Source: Rhizobiaceae bacterium
GTDB lineage: Bacteria; Pseudomonadota; Alphaproteobacteria; Rhizobiales; Rhizobiaceae
Direction: 5' to 3'
NCBI GenBank assembly: GCA_013214695.1
Contig: JABSRX010000001.1
Location: 1,610-65,609, forward strand
DNA length: 64,000 nt
Below the pieces are notes generated by a model. It was not told the DNA's origin and did not search any database. It worked only from the letters and a program-made list of their open reading frames with translations. Position 1 is the stretch's first letter. The number at the start of each line of letters is the position of its first letter. Of this stretch, positions 26,769-36,212 are shown piece by piece. The translations under genes were made by a program, and so were the position numbers.

Positions 26769-27704
26769 ATGTCGCAAAAGCTCGCTCTTATCGGTGCTCC
26801 CGTACAGTCCGGCGCCAGCCAGCCCGGTTGCGTCATGGGTCCCGAGGCCTTTCGCACCGCTGGCTTGGCTGAAACGCTGCGGGCGCTTGGACATCACGTG
26901 GAAGATCTCGGCAATGTCGACCGCCGCCCCGTCGACGACCGCACAAGCTGCAACCCGGCGGTCCATGGCCTGAACGAAACCGTTGGCTGGGCCATGGCTC
27001 TTGAAAACCAGGCCTATGAGGCCTGCCAGAGCGCTGACGTGCCGATCTTTCTAGGCGGCGATCACAGTCTGTCGATCGGCACCGTGCCCGGCGTCGCGCG
27101 TCACGCCGCCAATGGAAACCGCCCGCAATTCGTGCTCTGGCTCGATGCCCATCCGGACTTCCATTCCCTCGCCAGCACCCAAAGCGGCAATCTGCACGGC
27201 ACCCCGGTTGCGTATTTTTCCGGACAGGACGGTTTCACCGATGCTTATCCCGAACTGGCGGCAACGGCCACCGTGCCTCCGCAAAACATCTGCATGATGG
27301 GCATCCGCTCTGTCGATCCATCGGAGAAACAGGCGCTGAAGGAAAAGTCGATCGACGTCCACGACATGCGCAGCCTAGACGAACGCGGCGTCGCCGCGCC
27401 GCTGCGGGAATTCCTCGCCAGGGTCGAGGCCGCAGGCGGGGCGCTGCATGTCAGTCTGGATGTCGACTTTCTGGAACCCGCCATCGCCCCGGCCGTCGGC
27501 ACGACCGTGCCCGGTGGCGCAACATTCCGCGAAGCCCATCTGATCATGGAAATGCTGCATGACAGCGGGTTGGTCACGTCGCTTGATCTGGTCGAACTGA
27601 ATCCGTTTCTCGACGAACGCGGCCGCACCGCCAATCTGATGGTCGACCTCTGCGCCAGCCTGTTTGGCCGCACCGTGCTCGACCGCCCCACCCAAAGTCA
27701 TTGA
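26769..27704 (+). CDS. rocF: Arginase
   Basis: Ureohydrolase Mn-binding blocks are present: GGDHSLSIG, LDAHPDFH and SLDVDFLEPAIAP. Confidence 0.85.
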   Translation: MSQKLALIGAPVQSGASQPGCVMGPEAFRTAGLAETLRALGHHVEDLGNVDRRPVDDRTSCNPAVHGLNETVGWAMALENQAYEACQSADVPIFLGGDHSLSIGTVPGVARHAANGNRPQFVLWLDAHPDFHSLASTQSGNLHGTPVAYFSGQDGFTDAYPELAATATVPPQNICMMGIRSVDPSEKQALKEKSIDVHDMRSLDERGVAAPLREFLARVEAAGGALHVSLDVDFLEPAIAPAVGTTVPGGATFREAHLIMEMLHDSGLVTSLDLVELNPFLDERGRTANLMVDLCASLFGRTVLDRPTQSH

Positions 27705-27718
27705 AAAGGAGAATTGAG

Positions 27719-28807
27719 ATGACCAACCACGCCCCTGCCCCTTCGGCGCTCGCCATGGTTCCCTTTGTCAGTGTTGAAAACATGATGCGCATCGTCAACA
27801 CGCTCGGTGCCGCCCATGTGCTGGAACAGATTGCCGCCTATATCGAAGCCGATTTCCTGCGCTGGGATCAGTTCGACAAAACCCCGCGTGTCGCCGCCCA
27901 TTCCAAGGAAGGGGTGATTGAGCTGATGCCGACCAGCGACGGCGAGACCTATGGCTTCAAATATGTCAACGGACACCCGGCCAACATGGCGCGTGGTTTT
28001 CAGACCGTGACGGCCTTCGGCCTGCTCGCCCGCGTCGACAACGGCTATCCCATTCTGCTGTCGGAAATGACCGTCCTGACGGCCCTGCGCACCGCCGCCA
28101 CTTCGGCGGTTGCCGCCAAATATCTTGCCCCAAAAGGTGCCCGCACCATGGCAATGATCGGCAATGGCGCGCAATGCGAGTTCCAGGCCCTGGCCTTCCA
28201 GAAAATCATCGGCATCGACACGGTGCGGCTGTTCGACATCGATCCCGCGGCCACCAGGAAGGCCGCACGCAATCTCGCAGGCAGCGGCCTGAACGTCATC
28301 GCCTGCACGTCCTCACAGGAAGCCGTCTCAGGTGCCGAGATCATCACCACCTGCACCGCCGACAAGCAATATGCCACCATCCTGACCGACAACATGGTCG
28401 GCTCGGGCGTGCACATCAACGCCATTGGCGGCGACTGCCCCGGCAAGACGGAACTGCATAAAGACATTTTGCTGCGCAGCGACATCTTCGTTGAATTCCC
28501 ACCCCAGACCCGCATTGAAGGCGAAATCCAGCAGTTGGACGCCGACCATCCGATCACCGAGCTGTGGCGGGTGATCGCCGGCAAACAGGCCGGCCGGACC
28601 AGCGCCGATCAGATCACCCTGTTCGACAGCGTCGGTTTTGCCACCGAGGACTTCTCCGCCCTGCGCTTCATCCGCGACCAGTTGGAGCCCACCGGTCACT
28701 ATGTCGAACTCGACATGTTGGCCGATCCCGATGACCCGCGCGACCTGTTCGGCATGGTACGTCGGGCTGCGCCGTCGCCGTCCCGTCCCTGGCTCACCGC
28801 CAGTTGA
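27719..28807 (+). CDS. ocd: Ornithine cyclodeaminase
   Basis: OCD/mu-crystallin family blocks are LTALRTAATSAVAAKYLA and GNGAQCEFQALAF. The ATG at 27719 follows AAAGGAGA. Confidence 0.8.
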   Translation: MTNHAPAPSALAMVPFVSVENMMRIVNTLGAAHVLEQIAAYIEADFLRWDQFDKTPRVAAHSKEGVIELMPTSDGETYGFKYVNGHPANMARGFQTVTAFGLLARVDNGYPILLSEMTVLTALRTAATSAVAAKYLAPKGARTMAMIGNGAQCEFQALAFQKIIGIDTVRLFDIDPAATRKAARNLAGSGLNVIACTSSQEAVSGAEIITTCTADKQYATILTDNMVGSGVHINAIGGDCPGKTELHKDILLRSDIFVEFPPQTRIEGEIQQLDADHPITELWRVIAGKQAGRTSADQITLFDSVGFATEDFSALRFIRDQLEPTGHYVELDMLADPDDPRDLFGMVRRAAPSPSRPWLTAS

Positions 28808-28888
28808 CGCTGAGTTGAGCAAACGTTTTCGAAATGAATTGGCCCCGGCGGTGATTGCGCGGTAGCCTGTCGCCGGGTTCAATCGGAG

Positions 28889-30145
28889 ATGGTGCAGCAC
28901 ATGGCAACCGGGCTTTTTATGGCGGCGGCCTTTGCAATGGCCTATTCGATGCTTGCCAAGCGGCTGGAATCCACCATTTTGACCGCGCCAATCCTGTTTC
29001 TGGGTTTCGGCTATCTGCTTTCAACCACCGGTGTGATGCCAACCGAAGGCGCCGAAACGGCGCTGCATCTGGTGGCCGAGACAACGCTGATCATCCTGCT
29101 GTTTCTCGACGCCGCGCAAACCGATCTGAAGGCACTGAAAACCCGCCATGTCTGGCCGTTTCGCATGCTGCTCATCGGCTTGCCGCTGGCGGTGATCATC
29201 GGCGCCCTTGCCGCCTGGCCCCTGCTTGATCATTGGCCGATCTTTGCCGTGCTGTTGCTGGCAGCGATACTCGCGCCAACCGACGCGGCGCTCGGGCAGT
29301 CGGTCATCTCCAACAAGGCGGTGCCGGAACGGGTGCGCCGGGCGCTGACTGTGGAAAGCGGTCTCAATGACGGCCTCGCCCTGCCGCTGATCCTGCTGCT
29401 GACCAGCCTGACCGCCAATGTCATGGCAAACGACGCCACAAACTGGCTGCTGTTTGGCGCCAAGCAATTGTTGCTCGGCCCCCTGGTTGGCGCCGCCATG
29501 GGCTTTGCCGGCGGTCATATTCTACTGTGGGCCAAGAAATACGACACCACGTCTGACACATATGAAGGAGTGGGCGCCCTCGCCCTGGCCATCTGCTCCT
29601 ATATCGGCGCCGACATAGTCGGCGGCAACGGATTCATCGCGGCCTTTGTAGCTGGCCTCGCCTTCGGGGATCTGGTCGAAAAGCGCTGCAAGTTCATTTT
29701 CGAATTCACCGAAAGCGAAGGCCAGGGACTCAGTTGGGCAGCCTTCCTGATGATCGGTCTCGTGCTGGTGCCGGAATCCATTCATCATCTGGACGGCCCG
29801 ACCCTGGCGCTGATCCTGATCAGCCTTGTTATCGTGCGGCCGCTGGCGATCTGGCTGTCCCTGATCGGCACCGATGCACGACCTCTAACCCGTCTGTTTT
29901 TCGGCTGGTTTGGCCCGCGTGGTCTCGCCACGGGCCTGTTTGCCTTGATGGTCGTTGACCGCATCAGCGGCGGCGGCGGCGACCACGGCGGTGGCGGCGA
30001 TGAAGCCAACCTGGCTGCAACCTATGGCGAGCAAGTTCTCCACATTGCCGTCAACACGGTCTGGATCAGCGCTGTACTGCACGGCATCACGGCCGCGCCC
30101 GCGGCCCGCCTGTTCGGCCGACTTACCAGAAATTCAGAAGCTTAA
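28889..30145 (+). CDS. Cation:proton antiporter (Na+/H+ exchanger family)
   Basis: Polytopic, with ILAPTDAALG and ESGLNDGLALP motifs. It contains a Gly-rich insert, GGGGDHGGGGDE. Confidence 0.8.
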   Translation: MVQHMATGLFMAAAFAMAYSMLAKRLESTILTAPILFLGFGYLLSTTGVMPTEGAETALHLVAETTLIILLFLDAAQTDLKALKTRHVWPFRMLLIGLPLAVIIGALAAWPLLDHWPIFAVLLLAAILAPTDAALGQSVISNKAVPERVRRALTVESGLNDGLALPLILLLTSLTANVMANDATNWLLFGAKQLLLGPLVGAAMGFAGGHILLWAKKYDTTSDTYEGVGALALAICSYIGADIVGGNGFIAAFVAGLAFGDLVEKRCKFIFEFTESEGQGLSWAAFLMIGLVLVPESIHHLDGPTLALILISLVIVRPLAIWLSLIGTDARPLTRLFFGWFGPRGLATGLFALMVVDRISGGGGDHGGGGDEANLAATYGEQVLHIAVNTVWISAVLHGITAAPAARLFGRLTRNSEA

Positions 30146-30982
30146 ACGCGGGTGCCGGTTGACGTCCTTGTAGAGCAAATAGCGAAACGGGCCCGGGCCA
30201 CCTGCATAGCAGGCCTGTGGGCAAAAGGCGCGCAGCCACATGAAATCACCGGCTTCCACTTCGACCCAATCCTCATTGAGCCGGTACACCGCTTTACCTT
30301 CCAACACATAAAGCCCGTGTTCCATTACATGGGTCTCGGCGAAGGGAATAACCGCGCCGGGCTGAAAGGTGACGATGTTGACATGCATGTCATGGCGCAT
30401 GTCATCGGGCGCGACAAACCGGCTGGTTGCCCATTTCCCCTCGGTCCCCGGCATGGGGATCGGCTCGACATCGGCCTCGTTGACGACAAATGCTTCCGGC
30501 ACATCAATGCCATCAACCTGCTCATAGGCTTTGCGGACCCAATGGAAGCGCACCGGTGAGTCTGCCTTGTTGTGGGCACGCCAATCGCCCCCCGGTGGAA
30601 TGTAAGCATAGCCGCCCGGTGCCATCTCATGCTCTTGGCCGGCAATCGACACGGTGAGTTGCCCTTCGACAACGAACAGGACGGCCTGGGCCGATGGATC
30701 GGTATCCGGCTTTTCGCTGCCGCCACCGGGCAACACTTCGACAATGTATTGCGAAAAGGTCTCGGCAAAGCCGGACAAGGGCCGCGCCAGGATCCAGGCC
30801 CGCGTCTTCTCCCAAAACGGCAGATTGCTGGTAACGATGTCGCGCATCGTGCCTTTCGGGATAACCGCATAGGCCTCACGGAACATCGCGCGGTCGGTCA
30901 CCAGGTCGGTTTGCGGTGGATGACCGCCATCAGGCGCATAATAGCTGCGGCGCGTTTGGCGGTTTGCTGACTTGTCTTCCAT
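30134..30982 (-). CDS. allE: (S)-ureidoglycine aminohydrolase-like bicupin
   Basis: It is co-linear with my memory of E. coli AllE/YlbA. For example, ETHVMEHGLYVLEGKAVYRLNEDWVEVEAGDFMW aligns with [34 protein letters not shown]. The ATG is at 30982. Confidence 0.75.
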   Translation of the reverse strand: MEDKSANRQTRRSYYAPDGGHPPQTDLVTDRAMFREAYAVIPKGTMRDIVTSNLPFWEKTRAWILARPLSGFAETFSQYIVEVLPGGGSEKPDTDPSAQAVLFVVEGQLTVSIAGQEHEMAPGGYAYIPPGGDWRAHNKADSPVRFHWVRKAYEQVDGIDVPEAFVVNEADVEPIPMPGTEGKWATSRFVAPDDMRHDMHVNIVTFQPGAVIPFAETHVMEHGLYVLEGKAVYRLNEDWVEVEAGDFMWLRAFCPQACYAGGPGPFRYLLYKDVNRHPRLSF

Positions 30983-31115
30983 CAACACGGTTCCAGAATT
31001 GGGCTTTGGTTGTTCCCAGCATAGCGTCATTTGCTGAAAACTTCATTGATTGAATTTGTCCGGCTGTTCCGGCTACGCTCGTGTCTCAGTTCACACACGA
31101 TGGCGGGCCTCTCTT

Positions 31116-32006
31116 ATGGAAAAGATCAGCATCCAGTTCACCCTGTTTTCCGCCTTTTACGCGCCGCTGATCGCCACCATGTCCGGTGGCTTTTTGCGCC
31201 AGGAAGGACTGGACGCGGACTGGTCGGTCTCACCACCCGGCGTGTCCGCCATCGCTGCGTTGGAAGACGGATCGGCACAGGTTGTTCAGTCGGCCCTGAG
31301 CCAGAGCTTTGGCCCCCTGACCAATGGCATCCGGCCAGACTACGCACATTTTGCCCAGGTCAACGAGATGGACGGATTCTTTCTAACCGGACGAGACGCG
31401 GACCCGGATTTCCAATGGTCGAAACTGGAAGGGGCATCGGTCGTGTTGTTCGGCGGTGGGCAACCGCTGACCATGTTCAAATTTGCCTGTCACCAGGCTG
31501 GGATCGATTTTGCGAAAATCGACGCCATCCACGTGGGCGGTGCGGCTGATATGGACAAGGCGTTTCGCGATGGTCAGGGGCACTATGTTCAACAGCAGGG
31601 GCCGTTTCCCCAGCAGTTGGAAGCCGACGGCATCGGCCACATCGTTGCGCAGGTGGGGCCAAAAGTAGGCCCTTGCGGGTTCTCCAGTCTGGTGGCGATG
31701 CGCGACTGGCTCGACACAGATATGGCCAAGGCCTTTGCGCGCGCCTACAGCAAGACCAGACGCTATATGAACGAAGAGCGTGCCGAAGAAATCGCCAGAG
31801 CGCAGAAATCCTACTTTCCGAAGATTGACCTCGACGTGCTCACCGCCTGCATCGGCACCTACCAAAAGCTCGGTAACTGGACACCTCATATCGACATCAC
31901 CGAAGCCGCCTATGAGGCCACGCTGGACATTTATCAGTTCGCCGGCGGGCTGGAGCAGCGCTTCGCCTATGACGATGTTTGCGCGCGCCCGCCTGCCCTT
32001 GCCTGA
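31116..32006 (+). CDS. Cytoplasmic NMT1/THI5-like (periplasmic-binding-fold) protein, function unknown
   Basis: It has no signal peptide. The overall pattern resembles NMT1/ABC-SBP-like proteins, but this is a weak recall-based call. Confidence 0.4.
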   Translation: MEKISIQFTLFSAFYAPLIATMSGGFLRQEGLDADWSVSPPGVSAIAALEDGSAQVVQSALSQSFGPLTNGIRPDYAHFAQVNEMDGFFLTGRDADPDFQWSKLEGASVVLFGGGQPLTMFKFACHQAGIDFAKIDAIHVGGAADMDKAFRDGQGHYVQQQGPFPQQLEADGIGHIVAQVGPKVGPCGFSSLVAMRDWLDTDMAKAFARAYSKTRRYMNEERAEEIARAQKSYFPKIDLDVLTACIGTYQKLGNWTPHIDITEAAYEATLDIYQFAGGLEQRFAYDDVCARPPALA

Positions 32007-32055
32007 CGATCATGGGCATCTAATTCGTCGCGTGAACACAATTCTAGAGGCGGTG

Positions 32056-32952
32056 CTATTCGCCCGGCAGTTTCAGGCCGACATTGCGGGCATAGACCTT
32101 GGCCACCGCCGCATCGTCCTCCTGCCCGAGGCCCGAACCTGAAGCGGCAAGAAATTGCTGCAGCGCAGCGGCGGTGATCGGCGCCGAGAACTTGGCCGAA
32201 CGGGCGATGTCCAGCACGATGCCCAAATCCTTCGGCCAGATATCAACGGAACTGTGCGGGGTGTAGTCGCCAGCAACGATATGCGGCGCCCGGTTTTCCA
32301 ACATCCAGGAGGTGCCGGCGCATTTGCTGATCACCTCGAGAAACTGATCCGGCTCAATGCCCTGGGTCATGCCGAATGTCAGCGCCTCTGCCATTGTCGC
32401 GATGTGGACACCGGCAAGCAGTTGATTGACCGCCTTCATCGCCGACCCAGCACCGGCCGCGTCACCGAGCTCGAACACCGTTTCTGCGGCCGCATCGAGG
32501 ATCGGCCGGGCCGCAGCAAAGGCTTCCTTTGTGCCCGAAGCCATGAACGACAACTGGCCTTGCATGGCTTTCACCGATCCGCCCGACATCGGCGCATCGA
32601 GATAATGCACGCCGCGCTGGGCACACCGCGAGGCCATGTTTCTGGCAAATTCCGGCGGCACCGTTGCGCAGGCCACAACCACGGAACCGGACTTCATTTG
32701 TGGCACAATACCATCTTCGCCAAACAACACAGCCTCGGTCTGCGCCGCGTTCAGAACCACGACCACGGCGCCGTCGAGATCCGGTGCAACGTCGCCAAGT
32801 TGGCCGTCGCCGCCGCCCTGCGCCTTGAAGCGGGCGACAGCCTCCTCGTTCAGGTCATAACCACAGGTAGTGTGACCGGCATTGAGGATTGAGCTGGCGA
32901 TGCCAAAGCCCATGGATCCAAGGCCGATTACGGCATAGTTCTTGTTCGTCAT
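32056..32952 (-). CDS. 3-hydroxyisobutyrate/tartronate-semialdehyde reductase-family NAD(P) oxidoreductase
   Basis: It has the N-terminal Rossmann motif AVIGLGSMGFGIA and a HIBADH-type C-terminal domain. Confidence 0.8.
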   Translation of the reverse strand: MTNKNYAVIGLGSMGFGIASSILNAGHTTCGYDLNEEAVARFKAQGGGDGQLGDVAPDLDGAVVVVLNAAQTEAVLFGEDGIVPQMKSGSVVVACATVPPEFARNMASRCAQRGVHYLDAPMSGGSVKAMQGQLSFMASGTKEAFAAARPILDAAAETVFELGDAAGAGSAMKAVNQLLAGVHIATMAEALTFGMTQGIEPDQFLEVISKCAGTSWMLENRAPHIVAGDYTPHSSVDIWPKDLGIVLDIARSAKFSAPITAAALQQFLAASGSGLGQEDDAAVAKVYARNVGLKLPGE

Positions 32953-33021
32953 AGCTGAGCCAAATTGGTGCGAAGAATTGCCCTGTTCTCACCACATCGG
33001 AGGACAGACCTCAACCGGTTT

Positions 33022-34140
33022 TCAGAGCAGGGTGTGCACGTGATTGGCAATCGCCAGGCTGGCTGTCAGCCCGGGCGACTCAATGCCGAAAAGGCCGACC
33101 AGACCCGGCAGGCCGTGGTCTTGCGGCGTCCAAAACCTGAAATCAGCCGCCGGTTCGCCAGGCCCCACCAGTTTGGGGCGAATGCCGGAATAGTCCGGCT
33201 CGAGACTGCCGTCCGGCAGGTTGGGCCAGTAGGAGCGGATGGCCGCATAGAACTTGTCGCCGCGGCGCGGATCGACCTCGTATTCCAACCCATCGACCCA
33301 TTCCACATCTGGTCCGAACCGCGCCTGTCCTCCCATGTCCAAGGTCAGATGCACACCGAGGCCACCGGGCTCCGGCACCGGATAGATCAGATGCGAAAAG
33401 GGCGCGCGGCCGTTGAGGCGGAAATAATTGCCCTTGGCAAACAGGGTTGGACGCACATTCTGGGCGGCCGGTGCGGCGCTGGCTGAGGCAAAGACGGAAC
33501 TGTGCAGGCCACCGCTGATAATCAGGTTGCGGCAGGTCAGTACCATCTCCACGTCGCCGGAAAAACAAACGCGAAAGCCGCCGCCGCCCTCGCCGCCGCC
33601 GCCGCCGAGCGCTTCCCAGGATTGAGCGGCGGTGTTGAACGCGATCTGGCAACCGTGCGCTTCAGCATCTCCCTGCAGGGACAGCATATAGGCATGGCTG
33701 TCGATGATACCGGTTGAAGGCGAGTGCAGGCTGGCCACTGCGCCCAGATCCGGTTCAAGCGCCAAGGTTTCGTCTTCGGTCAACAACCGTAGATCATCGA
33801 CCCCATTTGCTGCGGCCTTTTCGCGGATCGATTGCAGCGTTGGAATCTGGTCTGGATGGCTGGCAACAATCAGTTTGCCGAGGCGCTTGTGTGGCACGCC
33901 ATGGCTGGCGCAATGGGCGTAAAGCAGATGCTTTCCCTCAACGCATAATCGCGCCTTAAAACTGTCTTTTGGATAGTAAATGCCCGCATGGATGACTTCG
34001 CTGTTTCGCGCGCTGGTTTCACTTCCAATGATGTCGTTCTTTTCAACGACAAGTACATCCTGTCCTGCCATGGCCTGCTTGCGGGCGATTGCCAGGCCGA
34101 CAACTCCGGCGCCAATGATCAGCGTTTCAATATCGTGCAT
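33022..34140 (-). CDS. FAD-dependent oxidoreductase (L-2-hydroxyglutarate oxidase/DAO-like)
   Basis: The blocks are LIIGAGVVGLAIA, the dinucleotide fold SETSARNSEVIHAGIYY, and C-terminal ESPGLTASLAIA. It contains an unusual GGGGGEGGGG insert. Confidence 0.75.
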   Translation of the reverse strand: MHDIETLIIGAGVVGLAIARKQAMAGQDVLVVEKNDIIGSETSARNSEVIHAGIYYPKDSFKARLCVEGKHLLYAHCASHGVPHKRLGKLIVASHPDQIPTLQSIREKAAANGVDDLRLLTEDETLALEPDLGAVASLHSPSTGIIDSHAYMLSLQGDAEAHGCQIAFNTAAQSWEALGGGGGEGGGGFRVCFSGDVEMVLTCRNLIISGGLHSSVFASASAAPAAQNVRPTLFAKGNYFRLNGRAPFSHLIYPVPEPGGLGVHLTLDMGGQARFGPDVEWVDGLEYEVDPRRGDKFYAAIRSYWPNLPDGSLEPDYSGIRPKLVGPGEPAADFRFWTPQDHGLPGLVGLFGIESPGLTASLAIANHVHTLL

Positions 34141-34228
34141 CGATGTTTTCGCCAGCGGGACTTGATGCAGCATCTGTGGCAGAAGCACCCAAGAGAGGCA
34201 ATGTCGATGGGCGACTTTCAGGATTCAA

Positions 34229-34265
34229 AGCAAAAAGGGCGCGCTGATCGCTCAGCCCGCCCTTT
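34229..34265 (-). terminator. Rho-independent terminator downstream of mucR
   Basis: On the minus strand the stem aaagggcg/cgcccttt is followed by TTTTTGCTTTG. Confidence 0.6.
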
Positions 34266-34345
34266 CTGTAGATATGCCCAACCCGTTTCTTCCTCAAATT
34301 GGCCCGAACGAAATGATTCGGAAAAACGGGGATTTTTTCCTGAAA

Positions 34346-34759
34346 TCAGGAGCCTTTTGGCTTGCGACCGAGGCCGATTTCCTTGGCCAGCTTCGAACGA
34401 CGCTCGGCATAGGCCGGCGCGACCATTGGATAGTCCGGTTTCAGGTTCCATCGGGAGCGATATTCGTCTGGTGTCAATCCGTGATGTGACATCAGGTGAC
34501 GTTTCAGTGATTTAAACTGTTTTCCACACTCCAGGCAGACCAAATGATTGTCCTGAATGGACTTTTTGATCGAGACGGCCGGCTCCTTCTTTTCGGGCTC
34601 AGCGCTCACTGAAGTGGCGGAAAGTGAATTTACAGTTTGAAATGTAGTCGTTATCAGTTCAGGAAGTTGAGCTGCGGCTGTTGGATTATTACTGACATAC
34701 GCTGAGACTATCTCAGTCGTTAATTCAGTTAAAAATGCGGTGTTGTCTGTTTCTGACAT
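34346..34759 (-). CDS. mucR: Ros/MucR-family zinc-finger transcriptional regulator
   Basis: The hallmark is CLECGKQFKSLKRHLMSHHGLTPDEYRSRWNLKPDYPMVAPAYAERRSKLAKEIGLG. Confidence 0.95.
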   Translation of the reverse strand: MSETDNTAFLTELTTEIVSAYVSNNPTAAAQLPELITTTFQTVNSLSATSVSAEPEKKEPAVSIKKSIQDNHLVCLECGKQFKSLKRHLMSHHGLTPDEYRSRWNLKPDYPMVAPAYAERRSKLAKEIGLGRKPKGS

Positions 34760-34837
34760 TAAAGTTTACCCCGTTGTGCCGCAGACGACCGCAGCATATC
34801 GATACCAAGTTAAAAAAACCAGTGACTTTTTGCTAAT

Positions 34838-34886
34838 CCCAACAAAATAGTAGAAGTTTGTTTTTCATTTCTTAGATTTTGTTGGG
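34838..34886. repeat. 11-bp perfect inverted repeat (CCCAACAAAAT ... ATTTTGTTGGG, 27-nt spacer) in the AT-rich mucR upstream region
   Basis: Read directly; the arms are 34838-34848 and 34876-34886. An adjacent tandem direct repeat TAAGTCAC lies at 34895-34902 and 34905-34912. Confidence 0.5.
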
Positions 34887-35109
34887 CGAATGTATAAGTC
34901 ACCTTAAGTCACATCTAAACATGCGTTCAACATGTCGTCTCCGTCGTGGCTAAGATTTTCATAATGACGCAGGGTAAACTGATTTACGTCTTAGGTATTC
35001 GGGGCCAAGTCTAGGCCAATTGCCGTGTCTAGAAGTCGACAAAGTCCACCATTGTCATAACTTAAATGCTGTGGTTATTGATCAGCATCGCGTTTTACGC
35101 AGCGTCATC

Positions 35110-36201
35110 ATGAGGAAACATGCCGTGTCACAGGGAATGTCTCAGGCAAGACCGTCCAATGCACCCTTAAATGTGGCCTTGATTGGCCTTGGCATGGTGG
35201 CTGAAACGCATCTGCGGGCCATCGCAGACCTGAGCGAAACGGTCACTCTTCGCGGTGCCTATGCCCGCAGCGAAAAGAGCACCAGTCAATTTGCCCAATT
35301 GTCCGCTGATCTGCTGCCAGAGACCCCAATTATCTACGAATCAGTCGGCCAAATCGCGGCGGATGAAGCGATCGATTTTGCCGTTGTGCTGACGCCTCCC
35401 AACGCCAGAGCGGACATCATTGCTCCGCTCGCGGCGGCGGGCAAACATATCCTGATGGAGAAGCCCATCGAACGAGACAGCCAGGCTGCGTCAGAGATCG
35501 TCAAACTGTGCGAGTCGGCCAAGGTGCTCAATGGCGTGGTCTTTCAGCATCGGGTGCGCGCCGCGTCCGTGGAGTTGGCCCGGTTGATCGATTCCGGCGA
35601 TCTGGGCCGGTTTTGCGTGGCCGAAGTCAATGTGCCCTGGTGGCGCGACCAGGCCTATTATGACGAGCCGGGACGCGGCACTTATGCCCGCGATGGTGGC
35701 GGCGTGTTGATTTCTCAGGCGATCCACACCCTTGACCTGCTGCTCAGCCTTGTCGGCGATGTTTCGCAGGTTCAGGCGATGGCACGCACAACGCGGCTGC
35801 ATGATATGGAAGCCGAGGACTTTGTCACCGCCGGTCTGGACTTTGCCGACGGCGCAGTCGGATCGCTGACCGCCAGCACGGCGAGCTATCCCGGTGATGC
35901 CGAATCAATTCTCTTGCACTTTGACCGCGCCAGTGCGCTGTTGAAGTCGGGCGTTTTGAAAGTGGACTGGCGCGACGGGCGCTCACAAACTTTTGGCGCC
36001 AGCGCGACAACAGGCGGCGGCGCCGACCCGATGGCGTTCACCCATGACTGGCACAAAGATGTGATTGCTGATTTTTGCAGCGCCATCACCCAAGGCCACG
36101 CCCCTCTGGTGCCGGGCGCGGAGGCGCTGAAGGTGCACCGACTGATCGACGCCCTGATTGCCTCTTCCCGCACCCAGAAGGCCGTTCAGGTCACCAACTA
36201 G
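35110..36201 (+). CDS. Gfo/Idh/MocA-family oxidoreductase
   Basis: It has VALIGLGMVAETH Rossmann and GKHILMEKP motifs. The start is uncertain: ATG at 35110 or 35137. Confidence 0.8.
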   Translation: MRKHAVSQGMSQARPSNAPLNVALIGLGMVAETHLRAIADLSETVTLRGAYARSEKSTSQFAQLSADLLPETPIIYESVGQIAADEAIDFAVVLTPPNARADIIAPLAAAGKHILMEKPIERDSQAASEIVKLCESAKVLNGVVFQHRVRAASVELARLIDSGDLGRFCVAEVNVPWWRDQAYYDEPGRGTYARDGGGVLISQAIHTLDLLLSLVGDVSQVQAMARTTRLHDMEAEDFVTAGLDFADGAVGSLTASTASYPGDAESILLHFDRASALLKSGVLKVDWRDGRSQTFGASATTGGGADPMAFTHDWHKDVIADFCSAITQGHAPLVPGAEALKVHRLIDALIASSRTQKAVQVTN

Positions 36202-36212
36202 GAAAACTTATC

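Noticed and set aside
30134-30145. 12-bp convergent overlap between the antiporter and allE-like genes as a possible regulatory feature.
   Set aside because: Short 3'-end overlaps of convergent genes are common in compact high-GC genomes, and no associated structure is seen.
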